NCBI RefSeq assembly: GCF_021869535.1
Contig: NW_026262690.1
Coordinates: forward strand, 40,300,001 to 40,364,000
Length of the DNA: 64,000 nucleotides
Direction: 5' to 3'
Source: Mytilus californianus
Taxonomy: Eukaryota
This document shows, one piece after another, positions 1 through 11,310 of this stretch. Numbering within the stretch: the stretch's first letter is position 1; every line of letters begins with the position of its first letter. The notes beneath the pieces are model-generated. The model ran no database searches and had not been told where the DNA came from. It saw only the letters and a list, made by a program, of their open reading frames with translations. The translations under genes were made by a program, and so were the position numbers.

Positions 1-1247
1 GACTGATTGGATTGATTCTGGATTCTCCGTGAATGCTCACCACTGATCAACACTTAGTGATATATATTATATTGATATTGATAATTGATAATTCATAAAT
101 ATCAATAGAATGTGAAAAGTGCGGAAAAACATTACAAAAAACGAACGTTGTTCCTATCCCATTGGAAAAGACATTTATAGATATAAGATTGCTACTCTGT
201 TCAAAATTTCCTCTGCTGCTTCGAATAACAATAGTCTCAAAACTATCTCGTATGAATTGTTTAACTTTTTCTCATGTAAGGAACCTTTTATAGCTGACTA
301 TACTGTATGGGTTTTGCCCATTGTTGATGGCCGTACGATGACCTATAATTGCACACATTAACGTCATTTGTACTGTAGTGAATAGTTTTCTCATTGGAAA
401 TCATACCACATATGTTTATTGTCATACTCAAAGAACAAGCCGTCACATCAAATTCATTCATGAGATGATTGGGTGCAAAACAAATAATTTCTAACAAGAA
501 ATTTACATCATTTGCATTTTTAATAGTATGAGCAGTAAATATGATGTTACTGATTAACATTTATAAGGATTAGCTCTTAGTGATTGTAGACTATTTAGTG
601 TAGTTAACAAGCTGTTTTCTGCTATATCCTGTTTTATTTGTACCTCTTCATCATCAATGTTTGTCACATTCATAATGGTGCTTGCAATTATGATAATGCT
701 GGTAGATAAACCGGATTTTTAAAGTTTTATTAAGCCTATATTTAAAGCAGATAATATGTGCTAATGAAAACCATAAAAATAACCAGTCATAGTGCGTCAT
801 TGGTCTAGGAAATGATAATTTGCAAACATTGCCACCACAGCCTATAGCTTCATCAATCATTTACTTACATAAAAAAGGTTTTTGTTCTTCAATATTACAT
901 GTGGTCATAATCAAAACTAGAAAAAAAACTTGACAAGTTGTACTATAGTTTAAAGAGAGGCGGAAGACACCAAAAGGGATAGTCAAACTCATGAGTCGAA
1001 AACGAACTGACAATGCCATGGCAAACAACAGTTTACAAAAAACAACATAGAAAACTAAGACTGAGCCACAAGAAACATGTGAGGCTACGGAAAATATATT
1101 TCAATGTATTGCAAAATTAAGCTGCCACTCAAATATGAAGTTTTTATTGAGACAACTGATAATCATTTTAAAACAATAACAGCGAATTCACTCTGCATAT
1201 TTTTGTATTTCGTTTTTGTTTAGAAGAGTTACCTTTTATCATCATAG

Positions 1248-1650
1248 AAATAAGGAGATGAGGTATGATTGCCAATGAGACAACTATCCACCAAAGTTCA
1301 AATAAAGTGGATGTAAGCAATTATAGGCATCCGTACGGCCTTCATCAATGAGAAAAAACCCATACCGTATAGTCAGCTATTAAAGGCCCCGACATGAAAA
1401 ATATGAAACAATTAAATTGAGAAAACTAACGGCCTAAATTATAACAAAAACATTAACGAAAAACAAATATGACAGACATGAACCAACGACAACCACTGAA
1501 ATACAGGCTCTTGACTTGGGATAGGCGCATAAAGAATGTGGCGGGGTTTAACATGTTTGTGAGGGCTCAACCCTCCATTAACATGGGACAGTGTTGTAAC
1601 AGCACAACAGAAGAGCAAACTATAAAAATCAGTTGAAAAAGGCTTAACTG
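1248..1650. repeat. Dispersed repeat R1 (ends ...gttgtctcattggcaatcataccacatct); other copies at about 290-420, 3222-3545, 6280-6380, 14865-14925, 23060-23165, 23790-24040, 31785-31850, 36240-36335, 42335-42748, 52312-52616, 55145-55335, 55570-55720
   Basis: Direct sequence similarity among more than 12 copies; often abuts RT fragments or other tails. Confidence 0.8.
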
Positions 1651-1966
1651 TTCATTAGACACGTTTATCATCTAATTTGATTAAATTAAGACCTTAATCA
1701 AAGAAATATTTTTATGTTCGGTAGATCACCTGAATTAGTCTTCGTTTTCGTTGGTTATTTCAGGAATTAATATTTTATATTTATTTGGCTTAGTAAGGTT
1801 AAAAAAAGTGTTACAGATAGATTCAGTTACAGACGAATAAAAACTATAACTATTTTCCTCTTTCGCGGTAATGCGGAGAAAATAAAAATATGCTATGTCC
1901 GATTGTCTCCAATTTATGAGTTTAAATGATCCCTTTGACCTCTCATTTTGTTTATTAATTACTTAC

Positions 1967-4900
1967 TGTCTTCACTGATCATAACTTGATCTTCAGCTTT
2001 TAGAGCTGTAGCTAATTCCTGTAACAAAAAAATACAATCGAAACACATGCAACGTTATGATCTACATTCTACATCCTAAGAGTTGAATTAGGATATTACG
2101 TATTTGTAAGGGGATGGAAGCCATATCCCTTCTTACAGAAAACACAATTAACTCATCAATCAGACTTCTAATGTATGTATGCAAAGTCCGATATAATGGC
2201 ATAATTGATCATTTTATGGTAAAAACATTAAACTTTGCACAGTGTTAGTTATGATGCTAATGAACCTTTTATTTAATGGAGCCACGAAAAAAAAAACCAA
2301 AATGTACGCCAAATTAAAGATGGCTGACATAAGGTACTTGGAATACAACACCATACACTTAATGATGGCTTCCAATATGCAAGAGAACAATACGTTTTCA
2401 AGAGAGACGAAAACAAATTGACAACACCACGGCTAAAAAAGAAAATGACCAACAGACAAACAATAGTACACAAAACACAACACAGAAAACTAAAGACTGA
2501 GCAACACAAACCCCACCAAAAACTGGGGGTGATTTCATGTGTTCCCGAAGGCTAAGCAGATCTTGCTACACACGTGACCCCGTTGTGTTGCTCATGTTAG
2601 TTCAAACCCGGTGATAAGTCTAATTCGGTATGTCACATTCAGGGAACAGGTGACGGGATTGTAGTTACGACAAAAGGAATATATCATATATATAAATGTC
2701 ATCTGTAAAACGGATATTCCATAACAGTCAACCAACTGATGATGGTGTCCGTAAAATTTACAAAGCGATGATTTCAAGCTGAAATCATCTCTTGTGTCGT
2801 AAAGTTTGTTTTCAAACGACCCTCATTGTCAATTTCTAGATGAAAGTCATGATATGAGGCAGACAGAACTTTGTATCCTTTATCTCAAGTTCGATGGGAT
2901 AGATGCGTTCAACATAGTCACCAAATTTTGAATTATTTAGTGAGATAACATCATCTATATAGCGGAAAAATAAGTTACAGGATATAGCTAACGTCTTTTC
3001 TTTCTTCCTAAGAAGTTCCTGCATGAAGCAGCCTCAGATGAATAAAGAAACAAATCGGAAAGAAGAGGGGCACAGTTGGTTCCCATGAAAATGTCGATTG
3101 TTTGTTGAAAAACACGTCCTCCAAACGTAACAAATATGTTGTCAATCAAGAAATCAAGCATCTTGATAATGTCAGTTTCAGAAAATTTTTTGTTTGAATC
3201 GGAGTGATTTTTAGCAAATATAAATAAAAAGATGTGGTATGAGTGCCAATGAGACAACTATCCATCAAAGTCACAATGTGTAAAAAGTAAACAATTATAG
3301 GTCAAAGTACGGCCTTCAACACGGAGCCTTGGCTCACACCGAACAGCAAGCTATAAAGGGACCAAAAAAAGACTAGCGTAAAGCAAAAGCAATTCAAACA
3401 GGAAAACCAACGGTCTAATCTATATAAAAAACGAGAAACGAGAAACACTTATGAACCACACAAAAAAACGACAACCACTGAACAACAGGCTCCTGCCTTA
3501 GGACAAGTGCATAAAAACGCAGCGGGTTTAAACGTTTTAACAAGCATAAAACCTTAAAAGTACTATTCGTCCCTCCCTAAGACATGATATTTTTTTATCT
3601 ACGTTGGTCATACTTTTTTATGAAACAAAGCAGGACCAACTCTTTCAATTTGTCTTTTAGTTTGGTGGGGAATACTTGTGTAAAGTGTAGAAAAGTTGAA
3701 TAGAACATCACAAAAAACCCTTGGTATTATATTTCTAAATATTATCATGTTTTCAGCTTAATTGTTCTGAAATCTTCTCACAATTAAAATATATACCACT
3801 CCATGAAAAATCGTCCAAAATGCTAAAACAAACCTGCATTCGTTGTTACCAATTACATGAAATACAAAAACTATTGAACATTTGATATTTTCTGATTGTT
3901 ACTGTTTGACTTGATATATTTGGCCACATTTGACCTGTTTAGCAATTTTGTAGTCAAAATAAAGGGAAGAAGGCAAACTTTTTTACTCAAATAACTGTTT
4001 AACGGTAATTTATTCCCCGAGGGTATCACCAGCCCAGTAGTCAGCACTTCTGTGTTGACATGAATTATCATTGATATGGTCATAATTATAAATTAACTGT
4101 TTACAAAACTTTGAATTTTTGAAATACTAAGGCTTTTCTACCTCAGGAATAGATTACCTTAGCTGTATTTGGCAAAACATTTAGGAATTTATGGTCCTCA
4201 ATGCTCTTCAACGTCTTACTTTATTTGGCCTTTTTAACTTTTTTTTATTCGAGCGTCACTGATGAGTGTTTTGTAGACGAAACGCACGTCTGGCGCAAAA
4301 AAAAAATTTCAATCCTGGTATCTATGATGAGTTTATTTACAACCACTGGGTCGATGCCACTGCTGGTGGAGTTTTTATTCCCCAAGGGTATCACCAGCCC
4401 AGTAGTCAGCACTTCTGTGTTGACATGAATTATCATTGATATGGTCATAATTATAAATAAACTGTTTACAAAACTTTGAATTTTTGAAATACTTAGGCTT
4501 TTCTACCTCAGAAATAGATTACCTTAGCTGTATTTGGCAAAACATGTAGGAATTTATGGTCCTCAATGCTCTTAAACTTCGTACTTTATTTGGCTTTTTA
4601 ACTTTTTTTTATTCGAGCGTCACTGATGAGTGTTTTGTAGACGAAACGCGCGTCTGGCGCAAAAACAAAATTTCAATCCTGGTTTCTATGATGAGTTTAT
4701 TTAATGGTCACCATTTATTGTACACTGTATAAGCTGTCTGATAAACAACAGAACAGGGAATTTTAATAAGGTAAAAAACCTAAAAATATTTAACCGACAT
4801 ATTTAAACTTAAAACTTTGAATTTTAAACACTGATAACTTTTATTAATTCGACTAAAAATAATCTGATATAAATAAGTAGTATTAACAAAAACAACAGAT

Positions 4901-6152
4901 GCTTATTCGACTGTCTGGCTCGCCTAATGTCATTCCTGTAGCTTTAACTTTGAAAAGGATTAACATATTTTCAAGACCTTCTCAAGTTTTTGTCTTAATT
5001 ATTCAAACTCAAAACGCTCATGTCAACCTTCTGAAATAAAAAGTTTTGTTGATTGAAACAGATTGGTTTTTTTGCAACAATGTACTTGTCATCTATGAAC
5101 CCCAGATATCTATCACTTTCTTACACAAAATATTATGGCAATGGAAAATATTACACCTACCCCTGGACAAAATATTATTGCAAATTAAAAAAGTACCATA
5201 GGTGATGTTAAACTTGTCCTAAAAATACTTCGGTAAAAGATATTTAGATAATAAAAAAAAATCACATTTGACGAGTTACCATGGCAACAAACCATGACAA
5301 AATATGTAAAATATCTAGATTTTCCTTGTTTTACATCAATTCTTTAAGTAAAATTTGCATTGGAAAGTACTTGCGCACTCAAGAAACAACTTTATATGTT
5401 TATGGGGAAAAAACGAAAAAACGACGAAAAGACAAAACACTACATACAAAGCTAAAGACTGAGCAACACGAATGTCATCAAAACCTGTGGTGATTTCAGG
5501 CGTTGTGGTCATAGATTTTCGAGCACGATTATCGTACTCAAACTCAGAAACCAACCAATCAAAATACTGGATTTGGTGTTTCGAGCACAAATTTTGTAAT
5601 CCGAGTACTGAGAAAAGTTTTATGACCGAGGGCCAAGGTGTTACATGTGACACCCGTATTTTACTTTTAAAAATAGGTTGATAAGTTATAATAAGTGATT
5701 AGGCATCCGAAATATTGTGTGGAAGAAAACAAACTAAACCTACTCAAGCCCTACTAATCCGGTAGTGAATCACGTCATTAAGACATTGTCGTCACTCCTT
5801 TTGTTAACCATTTATACGCAAAAACAACGTTAAACACCTCAGAATCAAATTTGTGCAATGTGAAAAGTAAGATTTAAAAGATCCAAACTGAAATATTCAT
5901 TTTTACTGTTCATCAGCAATTACAATTGTCTTAATATATGCAAACATAATTTTTATAGACAAAAAGTAGATATCTTAATAATTCTGATTACATACTGTCT
6001 ACAAATGCAACTCTTTGTGCTAACAAGACATTTAACCGACAATCTGCGGATATTGAACAGAAATATGTCTTTGGTAAATTACATACCTTAATTGCTGCAA
6101 GGATATCTTCACAGTCTCCTGGTAACATTCTACGAATAGTGTACTTTTCCAT
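1967..6152 (-). CDS. Diamine (spermidine/spermine) N-acetyltransferase, SAT1/SAT2 family GNAT; partial (coding exons 6152-6087 and 2018-1967; later exons not found, probably left of the window)
   Basis: Spliced translation MEKYTIRRMLPGDCEDILAAIK|ELATALKAEDQVMISED aligns without gaps to the human SAT1 N-terminus [40 protein letters not shown]. Donors gtatgt (6086) and gtaagt (1966), acceptor ttgttacag (2019). Exon sizes 66 and 52 nt match the first two SAT1 coding exons as recalled. Confidence 0.88.
2380..3218 (-). mobile_element. Decayed Naiad-type RT fragment of a second subfamily with its 3' tail (tail type R2)
   Basis: IKMLDFLIDNIFVTFGGRVFQQTIDIFMGTNCAPLLSD, FRYIDDVISLN and KFYGHHHQLVD lie in shifted frames, followed by the tail tgaatgtgacataccgaattagac...cacccccagttttttggtgggg. 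Confidence 0.82.
4253..4296 (+). ncRNA. Minimal type I hammerhead ribozyme, copy 1 (predicted cleavage after 4290, GUC)
   Basis: Stem I gcgtca/tggcgc, core CTGATGA, stem II gtgt-tttgt-agac (one G.G mismatch), GAAA, stem III C-gcac-G, GTC. Confidence 0.75.
4617..4660 (+). ncRNA. Minimal type I hammerhead ribozyme, copy 2 (predicted cleavage after 4654, GUC)
   Basis: Same as copy 1 but with a palindromic GCGC loop III (GAAAC GCGC GTC). Confidence 0.82.
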
Positions 6153-6252
6153 TCTGTTTTAAAATCATGTACTGTTAAATCAGAATTATATATTTTAAAA
6201 TCAGAATAGTATCAATTCTAAAAATTTCTATATGTAAATTTTAGACAATATA

Positions 6253-6283
<31 letters not shown>

Positions 6284-6679
6284 GGAGATGTGATATGATT
6301 GCCAATGAAACAACTATCCACAATAATCACAAACGGCCTTCAAAATGTAAAAAACCCATACCATATAGTAAGCTATAAATTTTAGACAATATACATAATA
6401 TCTCATTTATTTTGTTTCAACTATAAATTAACGACATAAAAATGGAACATCATAATTTACATATGTACAAATTCTTTAGTCTAACGGAAAAAAAGTAACA
6501 TATACAAATATTTCTGTAATATTTCAATCCAGACGTTCATTACAAGGTGAAGGTAAGTAATTTAGACCAGGATCTAAGGAAAAATCGGGTTATTGAATTG
6601 GTGAAGTACTTACGCAATACATTAGAAACGTTTTAATCAATGCCTTTCAACTTTTAATACGTTTATACTTATGACATTA

Positions 6680-7378
6680 TTGAGATTAAGTTCGATATTG
6701 ACGAATTTCACTTTACCGTTCTGGAGTTATGGTACTTGATATATTGGAATATGATCCTTTATGTCGTTTCCGTTCAATAACTTATAAAACCTTCTATCAA
6801 TTCTTTTCAAATTATAATATGTTGTTACTGATGACAAAATGGAGGTCAAGTTTGATATTGACGATTTTCACTTTTAATGTTCAGGGGTTATGGTCCTTGA
6901 TCTGTTTGAAAATGGCACATTATGTCGTTTCCTTGCAAATTCTTATGAAACAATTGAACAATGCTTTTTAAAATTTTAATATATTGTAACTGATGAAAAA
7001 ATGGAGTTCAGGTTCGATATTTATGGTTTTCACTTTCGCCGTCCAGGAGTTATGATTCTTGATAGATTGTAAACTGGCATTTTATATCGTTTCCGTGCAA
7101 TTACTTGTAAACCGTTCAAGCAATGCTCTTTAAGTTTTGATATGCTTCATTGATGTCAAAATGGTGGTCAAGTTCAATATTGACGATTTTCATTTCAGCG
7201 GTTCAAGAGTTATGGTCCTTGATACATTGAAAATGACTACCTTATGTCGCTTTAATGCAATAAGTGATGAACCGTTCAGCCAATGCTCTTAAAATTTTAA
7301 TATGCTGTTACAGATGAGAAAATGGTGGTCAAGTTTGATATTAACGATTTTGACTTTCAGGAGTCTTTGATAGATTCG
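6680..7378. repeat. About 4.5 diverged tandem copies of a 160-bp unit (satellite-like, of the kind carried inside bivalve Helentron/HINE elements)
   Basis: The aagtt.gatatt motif recurs at 6688, 6848, 7010, 7170 and 7331. Confidence 0.8.
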
Positions 7379-7379
7379 A

Positions 7380-7626
7380 AATAGGCCTTTGTTAGTCTTG
7401 TATTATTTTTAATTTTAGTTTCTTGTGTACAATTTGGAGTTTAGTATGGCGTTCATTATCACTGAACTAGTATATATATTTGTTTAGGGGCCAGCTGAAG
7501 GACGCCTCCGGGTGCGGGAATTTCTCGTTGCATTGAAGACCTGTTGGTGACCTTCTGCTGTTGTCTGTTCTATGGTCGGGTTGTTGTCTCTTTGACACAT
7601 TCCCCATTTCCATTCTCAATTTTATA
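7380..7626. repeat. Dispersed repeat R4 (ccagctgaagg...tccgggtgcggga...attccccatttccattctcaatttt); other copies at 29590-29712 and 25025-25090
   Basis: Direct similarity among three copies; internal hairpins gcggga/tctcgc. Confidence 0.7.
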
Positions 7627-8448
7627 GAATGTGGCAGGTCAAAAAAGCCTGCAAGCGCCTTAAAAAAAACAGGAAACCCGGTTTGCTGTCAATCTGACAC
7701 CTCATTCCTTGTTTATGTTTTAACAGTTCTATTAAAGATTCTGACCTTCAGATATAAGTGTAAAACGTATAAAAAAAGTATATGTTTTGCAAGACTCAGA
7801 CTCCAGAGTAGTGTTCTAAGGGACCATCTATTTAAAAAAAAATCTTATAGAAAACGCACTGTGTTCCTGTGGTCACGTAGAAAATACCTCTCATTACTTC
7901 CTCAAATGTTCAAAATATAATGAAATTCGTAGTGATACTATCGGGACAGTATCTTGTATCAACCTTAAGATTATATTATATTGGGACAGTTTTAAGTCTG
8001 ATTAGGACAATAGGCAAATATTTCATAAAGTTCCTGAATATAAAAATAGAACAAAACGTATTGAAAGTTGACCTTGTATATGTTGCATAATAAATATTGA
8101 TCTCAAATCGAGAGGATCGCGCGTAATCGACTATAATCGGACATGTGTAGTTGTTCCAGTGACTGTCTATCAAGATAATAAAAGTTAAATGTTTCTTTGT
8201 TTTTTGTTTGGTTTTTTTGTTTGGTATTTATTGAAATTTATTATATGCTACCTTAAACTGAATACACTGTTGACACGTCATATTGGTTGTCAAATAATTT
8301 GGGATTTTCGTGAGACGGATTTATAAAAGTTTTTCCAAACTTGCTTCCCAATCCCATATTTGAGTTTTATGTAAAATCGTACTTTTTCATTGTTATAATT
8401 TTACATAAATGAATACTGTTTAAACTAAATGTAAAACGCTCAGTGCCA

Positions 8449-9600
8449 AATAAAGGCAACAGTAGTATACCGCTGTTCAATTGTCATAGTTCGATTAAGC
8501 AAAAACAAATTCGGGTAACAAAATAAAACCGAGGGAAACACATCAACTATAAGAGGAAAACAACGGAACAAAAGAAACACTGAACTACAACAAAAGCAAA
8601 CGCCAATACATAGAAAATGACTGTCTGATAACAACTGCCATATTCCGGACTTGGTACAGGACATTTTAAGAAAAAATGGTGGGTTGAACCTGGTTTTATC
8701 GCTAGCCAAACATCCCGCATATATGGCAATGTTTAAAATACCGCTAAAATGACAAAACTACGTGACAAGTATACAGTACAAACAAACGCAAGAACACTCA
8801 GCACAGAGAAATACACAAATAAATAATATAATAGTATATTACAACATGTAAACCGCAGGAAAACAACGGACACCTCCCATGAATCTACAACAGCACACCA
8901 GGACACCACAAACAAAATATAAACTGCGCGTAACATGAATGGATTAACATCACAAAAAGTCGTCGTATAGCAATGCGAATTCACACTCGGCAAAACATTC
9001 ATTATGGGAATAGGTCACGTTCGGTACTAAGCAGACCAGACGACTTAGATGGTAAAGCACAATCTAAGACGTAGTAAACATGTCGTTAGTTAGTTTAGAC
9101 ACAGAAACATCGTATAGATCAACCAATTTGTGATGGTGTCCATACAATTTACGGAGTGTTATTTTAATCTTTCCTCCTCGTAACTCTGTTGGAGCAATTT
9201 CTGCATAAGGAGCACACTCCTGTATATGAGGTCCGTATAGTGTGAACATGCACGAGCATAACGTATCAATTGAGATATGTAAACACCATACGAGTGGGCA
9301 GAGGGTATGTTACTGCTAAGAAATGGGAAATTGATAATTGGGAAGTTGAAATCATCTAGTTTGTCATAGATTTTAGTCTGAAGTCGTCCATCTGTGTCAA
9401 TATTAAGGAAAAGATCAAGGTATGAAGTAGTTTTTCTAGTATCAGTAGTATCCTTAAATTCAAGATCACTGGGATATATGAGATGCAAGTACTGACTGAA
9501 ATATGGGATATTCAGTGATAGGACATCATCAATATATCTGGAAGTAAAATTAAAGAATTTCACAAGGTGCTTTTTCTTTTTGTCTTTTAGAAGGTTCTTG
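8449..9600 (-). mobile_element. Second 5'-truncated copy of the same Naiad-type element (RT C-terminus 9600-9064 plus same terminal tail)
   Basis: FNFTSRYIDDVLSLN...YGVYISQLIRYARAC is closely similar in DNA to 16700-17233. Shares about 130 nt after the stop codon and the tail ending ...ctactgttgcctttatt. Confidence 0.85.
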
Positions 9601-9634
9601 TAAAAAAGATGATAAAAAATTGTAAAAATTACAT

Positions 9635-9671
<37 letters not shown>

Positions 9672-10479
9672 TAATAATATTGTTTTCTATTGTTGAAAAC
9701 CAAATATAGAGCGAAATTTCACATGACATTATGTCTAAAATTTGGCGGAATTTAACTACAAAAAAAAAGGAATCTGGCGGGCTTAAATTTTTTTAAGCAT
9801 TCAATCTTCCCCTTAACCTGGAACAGGGGTATACATCGGTTATTAAGTGTTGTAATAAACAACTGATTTATAACAAAAAGCTCCTCCTATGTTTATACTT
9901 TTTTGCCGTTTTCTTGCAGTCTCGTTAGACATTTTCCTATGATTTCTTTTATTCATATTTAAATTCAAAATTGTTTTTAAATTTATGTTTATAGCAGTTG
10001 CTACATAGAAATAAGGAGAAAGAAAACACAATATAAAACATGTGTAATAGAAAGAGAAAAACAAAACTTAGGTATGAATATAAGAGATGATAACAACGTC
10101 AATGAAACAAATATCTAACAATTTTACCTAAAACGTTATCGATTTGTTACCAAACGGTTTCTAACAAATTCAAACAGCATGCAGCAAGTCCTGAATCGCT
10201 CCAAAGTAAGTGAAAATAAAAAAAGCATTCATTGAGACGAACACATATCTATCACCTACGACAAAGTACGAAACAAAATTTAAGAGACAGTTGTACCAAC
10301 TTGTATGATTTTAGAACTTAAGATAACTTGGGACAGGCATTTTTCGAACACAATTTGATGTAAGATTGCCGGCTTTGTATATACTTTATTTTGTTTTGCA
10401 AATAATATGTGAAGCTGTTATCGATAAATAGTCGGGAATATCACTTATATAGTAAATTCTTATCTACAATATTTCCTTA

Positions 10480-10760
10480 AATTAGGACTGAAATCATCAG
10501 AATAATTTCAGTTTTCTGTTCTTAATCTTATACTTCTGCAAATAAAACATTGGTGAATGTTTTCTTGGCTGTTACAGACATGATACGCTTTTCAAAGGAA
10601 ATTGTCAGGAACCTTGTTAGTATTTGGTATTGTCTCTTTAATTTTATGATGGAAAATTAATGTTGAAATTGAAGTTATCATCATCTCTGTTAATTCGATC
10701 ACCACATGATATAATTCTGGAGATTGAAGGCGTTATATGACTTGAAAGTATCAGATTTTA
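10480..10760 (-). mobile_element. Highly decayed Naiad-like RT C-terminal remnant
   Basis: Minus-strand RDDDNFNFNINFP resembles KRDDFNFPIINFP; the remainder is barely alignable. Confidence 0.3.
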
Positions 10761-11004
10761 TACTCAATATGAATATGTATATTTATGTAAAACGTCTATG
10801 ATTGCCTTGTATATCTTTTTTTTCACGTTTGTTACAGGTGTGTTCTTGTTAACAGTCTTTTCTCGTAAACTACTTCTTTATTTTAAGACCTTGATCTTGT
10901 TTTGATTTATGAGGTTGCACTTATTTCGTGATGTTAGATTATGATTTATTTTGTGTTTCATATGTGCATACACATGTACTCTATATACTATTTTCCGTCC
11001 TCTT

Positions 11005-11310
11005 TCCTTGAATGTGACTTACCGAATTAGATTTATCACCGGGTTAGTACTTACATGAGCATCAAAACGTCAATGCCATGTGTAGCAGAATTTGCTTACC
11101 CTCCCGATGTACTTGAAATCAACCCCGGATTATGGTGGGTTCGTGTTGCTCAGTCTTTAGTTTTCTATGTTGTGTTTTGTGAACTGTTTTTTGTCTTTTT
11201 GTCGGTTTTTTTGTTGTTGTTTTTTTTTTTTTTTTTTTTTGCCGTAGCGTTGTCAGTTTTTTTTCGACTTTTCGAGTTTGAATATCCATATGGTATCTTT
11301 CGTCTCTTTT
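11005..11310 (+). repeat. Solo R2 Naiad tail; other copies at 950-1075, 5400-5485, 41998-42225 and 58120-58265 (opposite strand)
   Basis: Collinear with the 3' UTR that follows the RT stops at about 2590 and about 14360. Confidence 0.75.

Larger units (their letters stand above)
4009..4702 (+). mobile_element. Tandem dimer (partial plus full) of a 364-bp retrozyme-like repeat, each unit with a type I hammerhead
   Basis: Two near-identical units about 364 bp apart (hammerhead cores at 4259 and 4623). Possible decayed TSD tttaacggtaa / tttaatggtca. Confidence 0.82.

Noticed and set aside
119-860. ORFs near the left edge as SAT exon 3
   Set aside because: No DGFG/FxCLVAE-like sequence or phase-1 84-nt exon was found in 1-1960.
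7490-7560. R4 repeat as an HDV-like or hammerhead ribozyme (CTGAAGGA...GGAA, GCCTCC)
   Set aside because: P1/P3 complementarity and exact core nucleotides are missing; only generic hairpins.
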